Position numbers and translations under genes: made by a program
Part shown: piece by piece, positions 25,887 through 36,411 of the stretch
Layout: each line of letters opens with the position of its first letter
Numbering within the stretch: the first letter of the stretch is position 1
Notes under the pieces: generated by a model
Seen by the model: the letters and a program-made list of their open reading frames with translations, nothing else
Told to the model about the DNA's origin: nothing
The model's database searches: none
Assembly: GCF_964194155.1 (NCBI RefSeq)
Contig: NC_135881.1
Span: forward strand, 117,986,001-118,050,000
DNA from: Cetorhinus maximus
Taxonomy: Eukaryota
Length of the DNA stretch: 64,000 nt
Direction: 5' to 3'

Positions 25887-27577
25887 TGGCTGCCAAAGGG
25901 AGGAAACATGCCTCAAGCGCCTGATGTGAAGGCCCGCCACGAAGTCCTCCACCCCAATTCTGGCCAAAGACCAGCAAGCAAGGGGTCACCAATCCAGCAT
26001 GGGAGGTGGTGGCAGTGGTGGCCAGCACCAACACCCTGCAAAAGAGAACAGCCACCCAGTGTAGGAAGAGGATTAGAGATCTCCTCCGTTCCACCAGGGT
26101 AAGTCAATCTTCTCATCACGCTCAACTCACACACTCACAAACCCATCACAAATCCACAGGGATCTCACACCTCAAGAGACAACACCGCTAACTCTCACAC
26201 ACATCCTCACATCTCCATCAGGCTCGTATACTCTAGAGCTCGTGTCCTCATCCCGTCCATGTCTCCGCTCATCACACAAACATTCCAAGCAGTGCCATTT
26301 GTCCTGCTCTCTCCATCTGGTTTCATGCAGGAGAAGCCTTCTCACATCAGCAGGGAGAGGTCCCAGTCCTGGGGGGAAGTGGCTCATATTAGACCCTTCA
26401 CTCACCCTGAGGAGCATGCCATCACGCTGAATGGTGAGGATGTGGACTATGCCTGTGGCAACAGTGAGGTTGACAGCGAACACCTACATGAAGACCCTGA
26501 ACCAGCTCATCCTTCTCTATCACGGCTGTGAGTGCTCTCTCTCCTGCTTTTGACTCTGCTGTCATGCATTAATTATTTCTACTTTGGTTCACAGGGAGCT
26601 CTGCCAAGTGACCAACACCTTCAGCCAGCCAAATTCTCAGCTCCATCCAGGTCTGCACCTCCAGAAGAGGACACCTCCTCCATTAAAGAGATGCAAGTAA
26701 GCAACCTGGAAGACCCGTCACAGTGTTTACCCACCCCACCAGCTCAGAGACACACACGTCAGTGGGACCTATATTTAGAGCAGGCTCGGGTTCACAATCT
26801 GGCGGTCACCACACGGACACTTGACTCCAGCAGGAGGAGGCTTGTTCAGCCGAGTTCCCTGGCACTCGGAGGACTGCTGGGGAAGAGGTATCTGTGAGGT
26901 CTGAGTCAGATGACGAGTCTCTGGATGTGGCCTTTGAACTCATTGTACAGAGTCAGCAGAAGGCGGGGGAACATCATAGAGAGTTGTTGGAAGCCCTCAA
27001 CAGAGTGGCATGTGAGCCAGACGAGTGCATCTGTCTGCTCTCTGACAAAGTGATGCCCACATGTGCTCATATGGAGGTCTCCATGGATGAATGTCGGACG
27101 CCATGGTCCAGCAGAATGCGGAGATGCTCGCAGACCTGCACTCCATCACAGTAGCCATGGTTGAGTTCCTGCAGTGGCAATGTGAGAGGGAAACAGGGCA
27201 CCTCAACATCCCTCCAGGTGCTCCTTCCCCTCAAGGAGTCAGGCCACGGTGCTCGGGCACCCAAAGGGAGGAGGTGCGGCAGCTGGGCATCCTGGTTCAA
27301 CCACTCAGGCATCTCAGAGGCTTTCCTCTCTCTCCAGGGCCCCTTTGCCTGTGACCCCTCAACCTTGTCCTCTGTCACCACAGAGGAAGCAGCTGGCCCA
27401 CAGGAGGACACCGAAACAAGCTGGGGCCCTCAACGCCTCGGCTCTCACGAGGACCCATGCCATAGTCATCAGAGGCAACAGGGCCAATCATTGCACAGGC
27501 TGTTTCCACCCCTGCTGCGGATGTCAGGGCAGCACCTAGAAGGAGTACTAGGCCTAGAAAAGTTAAGAATTTCTGAT
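25887..27577 (+). pseudogene. Intron-containing Harbinger Myb/SANT-like DNA-binding protein pseudogene
   Basis: ARHEVLHP...PAWEVVAVVASTNTLQKRTATQCRKRIRDLLRSTR|GTAAGT; acceptor TTTCATGCAG at ~26330, donor GTGAGT at ~26528, acceptor TTCACAG at ~26594; frameshifts. Confidence 0.75.
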
Positions 27578-28457
27578 CACAAGTCGTTGCACGGCTGAAC
27601 ACATTTTGTCACTTCATAATCTGAAAATATATTCACTTTCACTGAATAACATGTAATAGTGTCTTTCAGCTTCATTTACAGGCTTCGCAAGTCCTCCCCC
27701 TGCATCCCTCCCACTACCCCCACCACCACTAGCAGTTCAGCTGCACGTAGCTGGACCACAAGCGATTCTGGACCGAAAAGTGTACGTGTGGCAGGGCCTT
27801 TCGGAGCTTTGTGCAAGCATTCTCCCAAGCCTGCAGAGCCTTTCTCTTCACACTTATCTCAATGTCCCAAGCATTTTCAATGCTGCCTGCTGGAGTTCGC
27901 TTTCAGTTGTCCATCTGAGCTAACCTGCATCTCCACCCACCCACTGATGGCACTCCCAAGCGGCACCTGTGCCTGCCCAACACGAGATTTCTCTCACTTT
28001 TGATTTCAAAAGCATGGTGGTTGTTAAGTATATTTTCAGCTCCTCGTCCTGTCCTGCCCTAAGTCATCCATGTCCTTTCTCCCAAAACCGTTGAGCCCCC
28101 GGTATCACCTTCCACCTCCCCACTGTCACCTACCAACCAGAACCCTTGTCATTCCAGGATGTCCAGGTGAACATGCACATTTCCTATCCTCCTGAGAATC
28201 TCACGTTCATACACGTTGGCCTCTCCGATCTCCTCCTTCCTACCCCCAGGGCCCGTGTCTTCTTCCGAGTCCCCGTCAACCACCCTGTCATCCCTTCTAC
28301 TGCTATCTTCGCACCCTCACCCTTCCACTTACCAGCTCACTCTGCTCTCTCTCATCCTCACAATTCCACCCGACCACGTCCACCTCATTTCACACCCCCA
28401 GAAGGCAGTCATCAACTCCACAGACTGCTCCTTTGCACTTTCACCTGGACATACACC

Positions 28458-28830
28458 CCCTTACTCCTTCCTCCACCTTTATTCCTTCCTCCACCCTTAT
28501 TCCTTCCTCCACCCTTATTCCTTCCTGCATCCTTACTCCTTCCTCCACCCTTACTCTCTCCTCTCCCTAGTTCCTTCCTCCCCCTGGACTCCTTCCCCTC
28601 TCCAAACACCCTCCTTCCCCCGGACTCCTTCCTTCTCCTGTCCTCCTCTGAACTCATTCCTCCCTCCAACATCCTGCCCCGCTCCAAACTCCTTCCTCCC
28701 CCCGGAGTCCTTCCCCCTCTGAACTCCTTCCCTTACACCTTCTTCCTCCCTTACACTTACTTCCTTAGATGCTGCATTCTCACTGTTACACCCTCCTCCT
28801 CTGTACTTCCTCCCCCCTCCATACCTTACC
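28458..28830. repeat. Polypyrimidine tract with 18-bp tandem units (CCCTTATTCCTTCCTCCA)
   Basis: About 5 near-perfect units at 28458-28557, then degenerate CT-rich units. Confidence 0.85.
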
Positions 28831-30678
28831 CCCCACCAACACCATCGTTACCCCACTCCCAACCTCATGCCTACTCACCAACACCATTGTTCCCCCATTC
28901 CTCATCTCATTCTGGCGGCAGCAGGAACTTGGCGGCAGACAATTAAGAGGCTGTCATCAGAGCCACCATCCAATTGAGGGAGACAGCCACAGCACACCCC
29001 CAGGTGCTGCTGCCCAGTTAGAGGGCCAACAGCTCAGTAACCACTAGAAGTGGCCATTGCTGAGGCTGCAGCTCCAGGATGAGGGCGTCTTAATGGCAAG
29101 GCGCCCTCGAAGACCAATAGGTTTTTTGGGAAGCTGGGGTCAAACAGGCAGGTCTTGGCATTTGTGGGCACAGGAGTCACAGAGGGCTGGCAAGGTAGGC
29201 TGAGATATAAGGTAATGTCCACTGGCAAAATGCCCAGGTTGGGAGGAAGTGGCCCATAATTGGCCATTTAAATGGCTCAAGGGCCTTCACACTGCTAAGT
29301 TTCCTGCTGCTGGTAATATGCCATGGCAGCAGGAAAACGTTGGCCTACCCTTCTGACTCCTTTGTCTTCCATATTTCCAGCCCTCCCACCTCCCAGCTTG
29401 ACCCAATGGGCTGGGAAAATTCAGCCCAGAAGGCAATTTGAATGCATGATAATTTTGAGGTTTTAACTGAAGGTGAGAATCCTACTATGCTGAAATATGG
29501 CCCAATCAAAAAATTATATTTAACATGCATTGGGCAAGGGGGAGAAAAAGGCTTTGCCAATTATTTTCCAGCATGTGGAACTGGCAATCAGCCCTCACAT
29601 CTTTGACCTGTCATTTCAGTAGAACACTTCAATCGTGATGCAGAAGTTTCAGGATCTCTGCAGTACATTTATACCCTTTCACTATAAACACATTGCTTAA
29701 ATCAAAGCTCTGGTGGCATTGAATATTTTTAGAACAGCTTTAAGCACTCAGGCCTGTGTTTGGTTTTATCCAGACTCAACTTTTTTAAGTGATTACTGTC
29801 ATTAAAAAAATCTGAAACTAACTGAAAAAAACTGTGTCTATAAATACCAGTTCAAACAAAGATTTGACATCAGTTTTTAATTTTTGTTTTGGCATCATTG
29901 GATATAAGATCAAAGTATTATTTTCTTTAAAGTACCACTCAGAAGAAATGAATAGAAATGCTCTTTTGCATGCACACTGTCAATCAGTAATGTCAACGGA
30001 CATCTTTCATGGAACAGTTGCCAAAAGTATTTAATATGGTAATAATCTTGCAGCAGCCATGGAATTCACTAATCAGATACAGTATGCCCCTCCTGTTGGG
30101 TAGATTTTGATATCTTTGTTCCTCATAGCGGCATAGCCATCATTCTGCTGCCTTGCAGATCTTTAAGGAGCGTGGCAAATAGAATCTTCCTTATTTTAAT
30201 TTGTCATCGATGTGACATTATCCATTTACACATCAGAAATCTCTAACTCTGGATAGTGGTTGCAAATCAGCTCTTCAGAACTCAAATGATAGCGCAAGAT
30301 AATTGGATTTTTTAGGGCTTGGCTTTGTGGAGAAAATAATGATGAGGATAACAATGCTCATCATTTTTTGTTATGTGGAAATTGGACAGCAACTTCTGGC
30401 AGCCGCACAAGTGCAGTTATATACAAAAATCCGAAAGTTGTTTTCTGAACTGCTCTGCTCCTCCCAAAACCACACAAAATCATCATTGCACTGTTTGTCT
30501 CAGGGGTCAAGTACATTGAATGGCATGAAGTTCCCGTGCATACCTCATAGATAAGGACTAGACACATGCTAAAAGTTAGGGCTCATCCATTCCATTCAAA
30601 GTACCCTTTTAACATTGTGGTAAGTCTTGATTATAGCCAAACAAACTCTCTGGCACTGAACAGTAACTCTCCAAATAT

Positions 30679-30797
30679 GGAGCGGAATTTTACAGCCTTG
30701 CCGCGGCGGGGAGGGAGCCATTAAATGCAGTGAGCCATTCTAAACTCCATTGACTTTGGCAGCAATGTAAATACCCCGCTACGGCAAAATTCCACAG
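30679..30797. mobile_element. Short Harbinger-type MITE
   Basis: GCGGAATTTTAC at the left and GCAAAATTCCAC at the right. Confidence 0.5.
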
Positions 30798-31004
30798 TGG
30801 ACTCTCATTCCTTTATCATTTAATTATTGTTGGAGATTTTTTTCATAATGTATTTTCTTTTACTTTTTTCTGTCACTTTTATTCTCTTTATCCAATCTTT
30901 CTTTTCCTCGCTTTATTTCACTTTCAGCACCTGATTTTACATTGAATTCACTATTCCACATAACACTTTTGGTTCAGTTTGCTGCCTATTAATGATTATT
31001 ACAT

Positions 31005-32612
31005 GACACGAGTAACATCCCCAATGTTCAAGAGAGTTGGGGGGCAGAGGTGAGTATGGTGGCCATTACCAAGGAGAAGGTGCTAGGAAAACTGAAAGGT
31101 CTGAAGGTGGATAAATCACCTGGACCAGATGGATTACACCCCAGAGTTCTGAAGGAGATAGCTGAAGAGATAGTGGAGGCGTTAGTGGTGATCTTTCAGG
31201 AATCACTAGAGTCAGGGAGGGTCCCAGAGGACTGGAAAATCGCTAATGTAACCCCCCAGTCGTTGGTAAGATTTTAGAGTCCATTATTAAGGATGAGATT
31301 TCAGAATACTTGGAAGTGCATGGTAAAATAGGGCAAAGTCAGCATGGTTTCATCAAGGGGAGGTCATGCCTGACAAATCTGTTAGAATTCTTTGAGGAGG
31401 TAACGAGTAGGTTAGACAAAGGAGAGCCAATGGATGTTATCTACTTGGACTTCCAGACGGCCTTTGACAAGGTGCCACACAGGAGGCTGCTCAGTAAGAT
31501 AAGAGCCCATGGTGTTAGAGGCAAGGTACTAGCATGGATAGAAGATTGGCTGTCTGGCAGGAGGCAGAGAGTGGGGATAAGGGGGTCCTTCTCAGGATGG
31601 CGGCCAGTGACTAGTGGAGTTCCGCAGGTGTCAGTGTTGGGATCACAACTTTTCACTTTATACATTAATGATCTAGATGAAGGAACTGAGGGCCTCCTGG
31701 CTAAGTTTGCAGATGATACAAAGATAGGTGGAGGGACAGGTAGTGTTGAGGAGGCGGGGAGGCTGCAGAAGGATTTGGACAGGTTAGGAGAATGGGCAAA
31801 GAAGTGGCAGATGGAATACAACGTGGGGAAGTGTGAGGTCATGCACTTTGGTAGGAAGAATAGAGGCATAGACTATTTTCTAAATGGGGAGAGAATTCAG
31901 AAGTCTGGAGTGCAAAGGGACTTTGGAGTCCTAGTCCAGGATTCTCTTAAGGTTAACTTGCAGGTTGAGTCGGTAGTTAGGAAGGCAAATGCAGTGTTGG
32001 CATTTATTTTGAGAGGACTAGAATATAAAAGCAGGGATGTGCTGCTGAGGCTTTATAAGGCTCTGGTCAGACCACATTTAGAATATTGTGAACAATTTTG
32101 GGCCCCGTATCTCAGGAAGGATGTGCTGGCCCTGGAGAGGGTCCAGAGGAGGTTCACGAGAATGATCCCAGGAATGAAAGGCTTAACATATGAGGACTCT
32201 GGGTCTATACTCGATGGAGTTTAGAAGGATGAGGGGGCATCTGATTGAAACTTACAGAATACTGAGAGGCCTGGATAGAGTGGACGTGGGGAAGATGTTT
32301 CCATTAGTAGGAGAGACTAGGACCCGAGGGCACAGCCTCAGAGTAAAGGGAAGACCTTTTAGAACAGAGATGAGGAGAAACTTCTTTAGCCAGAGTGGTG
32401 AATCTATGGAATTCATTGCCACAGAAGGCTGTGGAGGCCAGGTCATTGAGTGTATTTAAGACCGAGATAGATAGGTTCTTGATTGGTAAGGGGATCAAAG
32501 GTTACGGGGAGAAGGCAGGAGAATGGGGTTGAGAAACTTATCAGCCATGATTGAATGGCAGAGCAGACTCGATGGGCCGAATGGCCTAATTTCTGCCCCT
32601 ATGTCTCGTGGT
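31005..32612 (+). mobile_element. 5'-truncated young CR1 LINE (RT + 3' UTR)
   Basis: ORFs 31050-31277, 31310-32224 (304 aa: QHGFIKGRSCLTNL, YLDFQTAFDKVPH, FADDTK) and 32190-32459; ends CCTATGTCTCGTGGT. Confidence 0.95.
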
Positions 32613-32954
32613 ATTATTCAATCTGACTGGTTAAGGAGGTACACAGCTACCTGCCCTTTACACGTCACTGCATTTTTAGGATGGTTGACTGAACACAACT
32701 TGTTCAAATTACCATAGTAAGTCCATGGGCCAGTGCATGTCCAGCCATTTGTTTCACATTCAATATGGTCTATAATGTTCAGTGCTTGTGATTGAAGTAT
32801 GTATTTATGTTTTATCAAGTGACAATTTTTATTTCACTGCCTTTTGTATTTTGTCACTTTGAAATGAGTGCCTTTTCAGAGAGGGAGACTCTTTCGAGTT
32901 ACCAACAGTCACAGATTGCAACTTCTTTCGAGTACAATCACAGTTCTTGGTTTT

Positions 32955-33030
32955 CCGGGAGTGGGACATGAACCCACAGCCCTCTGATTCAAAGGCGAGG
33001 GTGCTATGAACTGAGCCACAGCAACTATTT
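32955..33030 (-). mobile_element. tRNA-derived SINE head
   Basis: Minus strand GCTGTGGCTCAGTTCATAGCACCCTCGCCTTTGAATCAGAGGGCTGTGGGTTCATGTCCCACTC with A-box-like and B-box-like segments. Confidence 0.6.
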
Positions 33031-34514
33031 ACCACATGCAGCTAATTTCCTTAACAGGTTTAATTATCAATAATGAACAAGACCATATCTTTGAAACCAA
33101 AATGAAGCATTATGTGCAGCTTGAACAGCAATGACAGCAGAAAATGGGCAATAATGAACACAGAGAGGAGCAGATAAAATTAGTTAACATTCTTTGCTAC
33201 ACTGTTACAGGAATGCATGAATATTTACATAAAATCAGCTGCCCTGGAAATTGGTGGGAAGCATTTATCAGCTTAAGTGTCAACATGTGCCTGCCTCAGA
33301 TATCCATTGCTGAACCTGCAAAATGACCTGGGCGCAGGGGCATGTTTTGCAGAATGAGGCTTATTATCATACCTTCTTAAAGGACACACTGAGACAAGTA
33401 CTTACTAAAGATTCATAAAACAGGCTAAATTTAACAATCAGAAACTAGTTATACAATTCCCAATTCACACTCAAACAAAAGCTACTTTTACAAAAACGCT
33501 TTCTGATTATTACTGAATTGTAAATAAAGTTATTGGTCCATCTCTAATCTGTGTGGTAATATCCACTATTTCAAAAAGAATTTCATACCTTAGTTTTAAG
33601 ACTATGTTAAATCCAGAAAATAGATAACAAACAAATGGGACATAGTTAACCCCTCACTCATGAACTGCAAGAATCTGGAAGAGAAAGAAGTACCATTTCC
33701 ATTAACAGAATACTTAGGCTGGAATGAACAAGTCCTCAATTTTTATGTTGGGATTCAACACATGGAACCTCCACTGTCATATCACCAAGGGAGATCCCTA
33801 GGAAGGTTCCCTAGTTTGCCTGCAAATGGTTGGGCCAATAGGGACCTATTATCCATGTTTGTGGCTCCATAGTGTAAGACAGAGAGGTACTGACCCCTTA
33901 AAAAAATTTGAAACAAAGCCTTCACACCCAGACCTTCAGGCTCACAGATCTTGCTCCCAGCCTGGTCTCTCACGTGTTCTCCACCTGACCCTGTTCCCTG
34001 TTGGGATAATATGTCTGGTCTGAACAAGAGTACTCCATCTCCATATACTGAAAGCCCAGGGCACAGGAACTCCAATATTCAATTCAATACTCACCTCAAC
34101 ATTCCTTACCGACAATAGCTTTTACAAAACAGGTGGAAACTTTACGTTCATGGTTCCTCCTGGAGTCTTGGACAGAAGGTTGGATCCCAACATATTTGTG
34201 TCCCAGTGCTTTTGATTTTTTTGGGCTATGGTCCTTGTGATTTGATATTATGGATATTTAAATTATTGCCAATTTTTTACTCTGAATGAAAATGCACCTA
34301 AAAGGACAAAGACAGCGGGAGTATGGGAACACAAGCAAATGCAAGTTCCCCCAAGTCACACACCATCCTGACTTGGAAGTACTGAAATACTACACTGTTA
34401 CTCGGTCAAATCCTGGAATTCCCTCCCTAAAGGCGTTCTGGGCGTACCTACACCACATGGTCTACAGTGGTTCAAGAAGGTGCTTGCCATCACCTTCTCA
34501 AGCAAAAATGGGGA

Positions 34515-34850
34515 GGCAGCATCATCGTGGCCATGTCACTGGACTAGTAATCCAGAGGCCCAGGCTAATAGTCTCGGGGCATGGGTTCAAAACCTATCAC
34601 GACAGCTGATGAAATTTTAAATTCAGTTAATAAGTCTGGAATTATAAGCTAGTCTCAGTAATGGTGATCATGAAACCATTGTTGATTGTCGCAAAAACCC
34701 ACCTAGTCCACTATTGCCCATTAGGGAAGGAAATCTGCCGTTCTTACCTGGTCTGACATTCATGTGACTCCAGGTCCCACAGTAATGTGGTTGACTCTTA
34801 AATACCCTCTGAAATGGCCGAGCAAGCCACTTAGTCGTATCAAACCACTA
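34515..34850 (+). mobile_element. tRNA-derived SINE
   Basis: GTCACTGGACTAGTAATCCAGAGGCC...GGGTTCAAAACC head followed by a repeat body; lies among fragments of the non-LTR family of 15285-16210. Confidence 0.6.
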
Positions 34851-36156
34851 TGAAGTTTAATTCCCTTCCTAACAGCACTGTGGGTGTACCTATACCACAT
34901 GGACTGCAGCGGTTCAAGAAGGCAGCTCACCACCACCTTCTCAAGGGCAATTAGGAGTGGTCTAAATCCCCACTGACCCAAAACTGAACTGGACCAGCCA
35001 CATTAATACTGTGGCTACAAGAGCAGGTCAGAGGCTAGGAATCCTGCCGTGAGTAACTCACTCTTGACTCCCCAAAACCTGTCCCCTATCTAGGCACAAG
35101 TCAGGAGTGTGATGGAATACTCCCAACTTGCCTGGATGAGTGCGGCTCCCACAACACTCAAGAAGCTCAGCACCATCCAGGACAAAGCAGCCTGCTTGAT
35201 TGGCATTCCATTCACCACCTTAAACATTGACTCCCTCCACCAGGAATGCACAGAGGCAGCAGTGTGTACCATCTACAAAATGCACTGCAGCAATTCACCA
35301 AGGCCCCTTTAACAGCGCCTTCCAGCCCCGTGACCTCTAACACTTGGAAGGAAAAGAGCAGCAGATGCATGGCAATACCACCACCTCCAAGCCACACCCC
35401 ATGTTGACTTGAAAGTATATGGCCATTCCTTCACTGTTGCTGGATCAAAATCCTGGAACTCCTGTAAGAATTTCCATTCCTGTCCCCTCTTACAATAGTT
35501 CTTGGACTCCAGGAATTACGAGAACAAAATGCTCGCGACACAGGGTTTGGCTCAACCTCAGACTCATTTGCTTATTGAACTCACAAATTCCCTCCACTAC
35601 AAAACCCTCTGTGATTTGACCAGAATTAACAGCAGTATCTCATAGTACAAACCCCGATACAAAAGGTTGACTGAAATTTACAAAATACCTCACAACACAA
35701 ATCCCTTGCTGATTTAGGTGAAAATTAAAATCACCCACACAACTGGCTGTCCCCGGTGTTGATTGTGGGCCTGGATGTGGAAATGACCGATCCCCATCCT
35801 TCTTCTCCTTGACTGCGGTGTCTGCTCTCCAATGTTGTCCACTTTTATGATGATTCATATCACACTGTCACAGGCACAGATCCTGTTACCATTCTGCTGA
35901 GTCGTCCAATGCTTCGCACCTCTTTACCTTGGGTTATTCAATGCCCTGTTCTAGACAGGACTGTATGGTCATAGTCAATTCTTCTGCTGTTTACACAACA
36001 GAAAACAATGTGCTCCCCTCCCCATGGTGAGGGCTACCTGGCTCCAAGGTTGACTGAGGTGTGAATGTTCCTTTCATTCCTGGCAGGAGCTAATTGGGTT
36101 ATGTAATGGCAGTTTCTCTGTGCCATTGTCCATGACAATGGCTCTCTTAGTCTCTT

Positions 36157-36411
36157 AAACAAAACAAAAACAGAATTACCTGGAAAAACTCAGCAAGTCT
36201 GGCAGCATCGGCGGAGAAGAAATCAGTTAACGTTTCGAGCCTCCATGGCCCTTCGGCAGAACTGCCTGCCGAAGGGCCATGGAGGCTCGAAACGTTAACT
36301 GATTTCTTCTCCGCTGATGCTGCCAGACTTGCTGAGTTTTTCCAGGTAATTCTGTTTTTGTTTTGTTTTGGATTTCCAGCATCCGCAGTAGCTTTTAGCT
36401 TTTTGTTTTTA
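36157..36411. mobile_element. Penelope-derived inverted-repeat insertion, 14-bp TSD, 103-bp hairpin
   Basis: TCTCTTAGTCTCTT at 36143-36156 and 36412-36425; arms 36157-36259 and 36266-36368 differ by one base. Confidence 0.9.
36224..36264 (-). ncRNA. Candidate minimal type I hammerhead ribozyme (A6C core variant)
   Basis: CAGUU-CUGCCGA-A-GGGCC-AUGGA-GGCUC-GAAA-C-GU-U-AACUG: stem I CAGUU/AACUG, 5-bp stem II, ACGU palindrome in place of stem III. Confidence 0.55.

Larger units (their letters stand above)
24950..29427 (+). mobile_element. Harbinger deletion derivative retaining only the Myb/SANT-like gene
   Basis: Termini GGGCCAGATTTTTGCC / GGGAAAATTCAGCCC (TSD not matched); collinear with the Myb region of 41119-46967; no transposase recognised. 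Confidence 0.7.

Noticed and set aside
28146-28946. 266-aa Pro/Leu-rich ORF and overlapping ORFs
   Set aside because: Product of the CT-rich tandem repeat, which lacks stop codons; no domain or splice context.
31310-32224. 304-aa reverse transcriptase ORF as a functional gene
   Set aside because: 5'-truncated CR1 with deletions and frameshifts on both sides and no endonuclease.
32955-33030. tRNA gene candidates (also 34515, 56413, 59250)
   Set aside because: Only degenerate A/B boxes with no complete cloverleaf; these are SINE heads.
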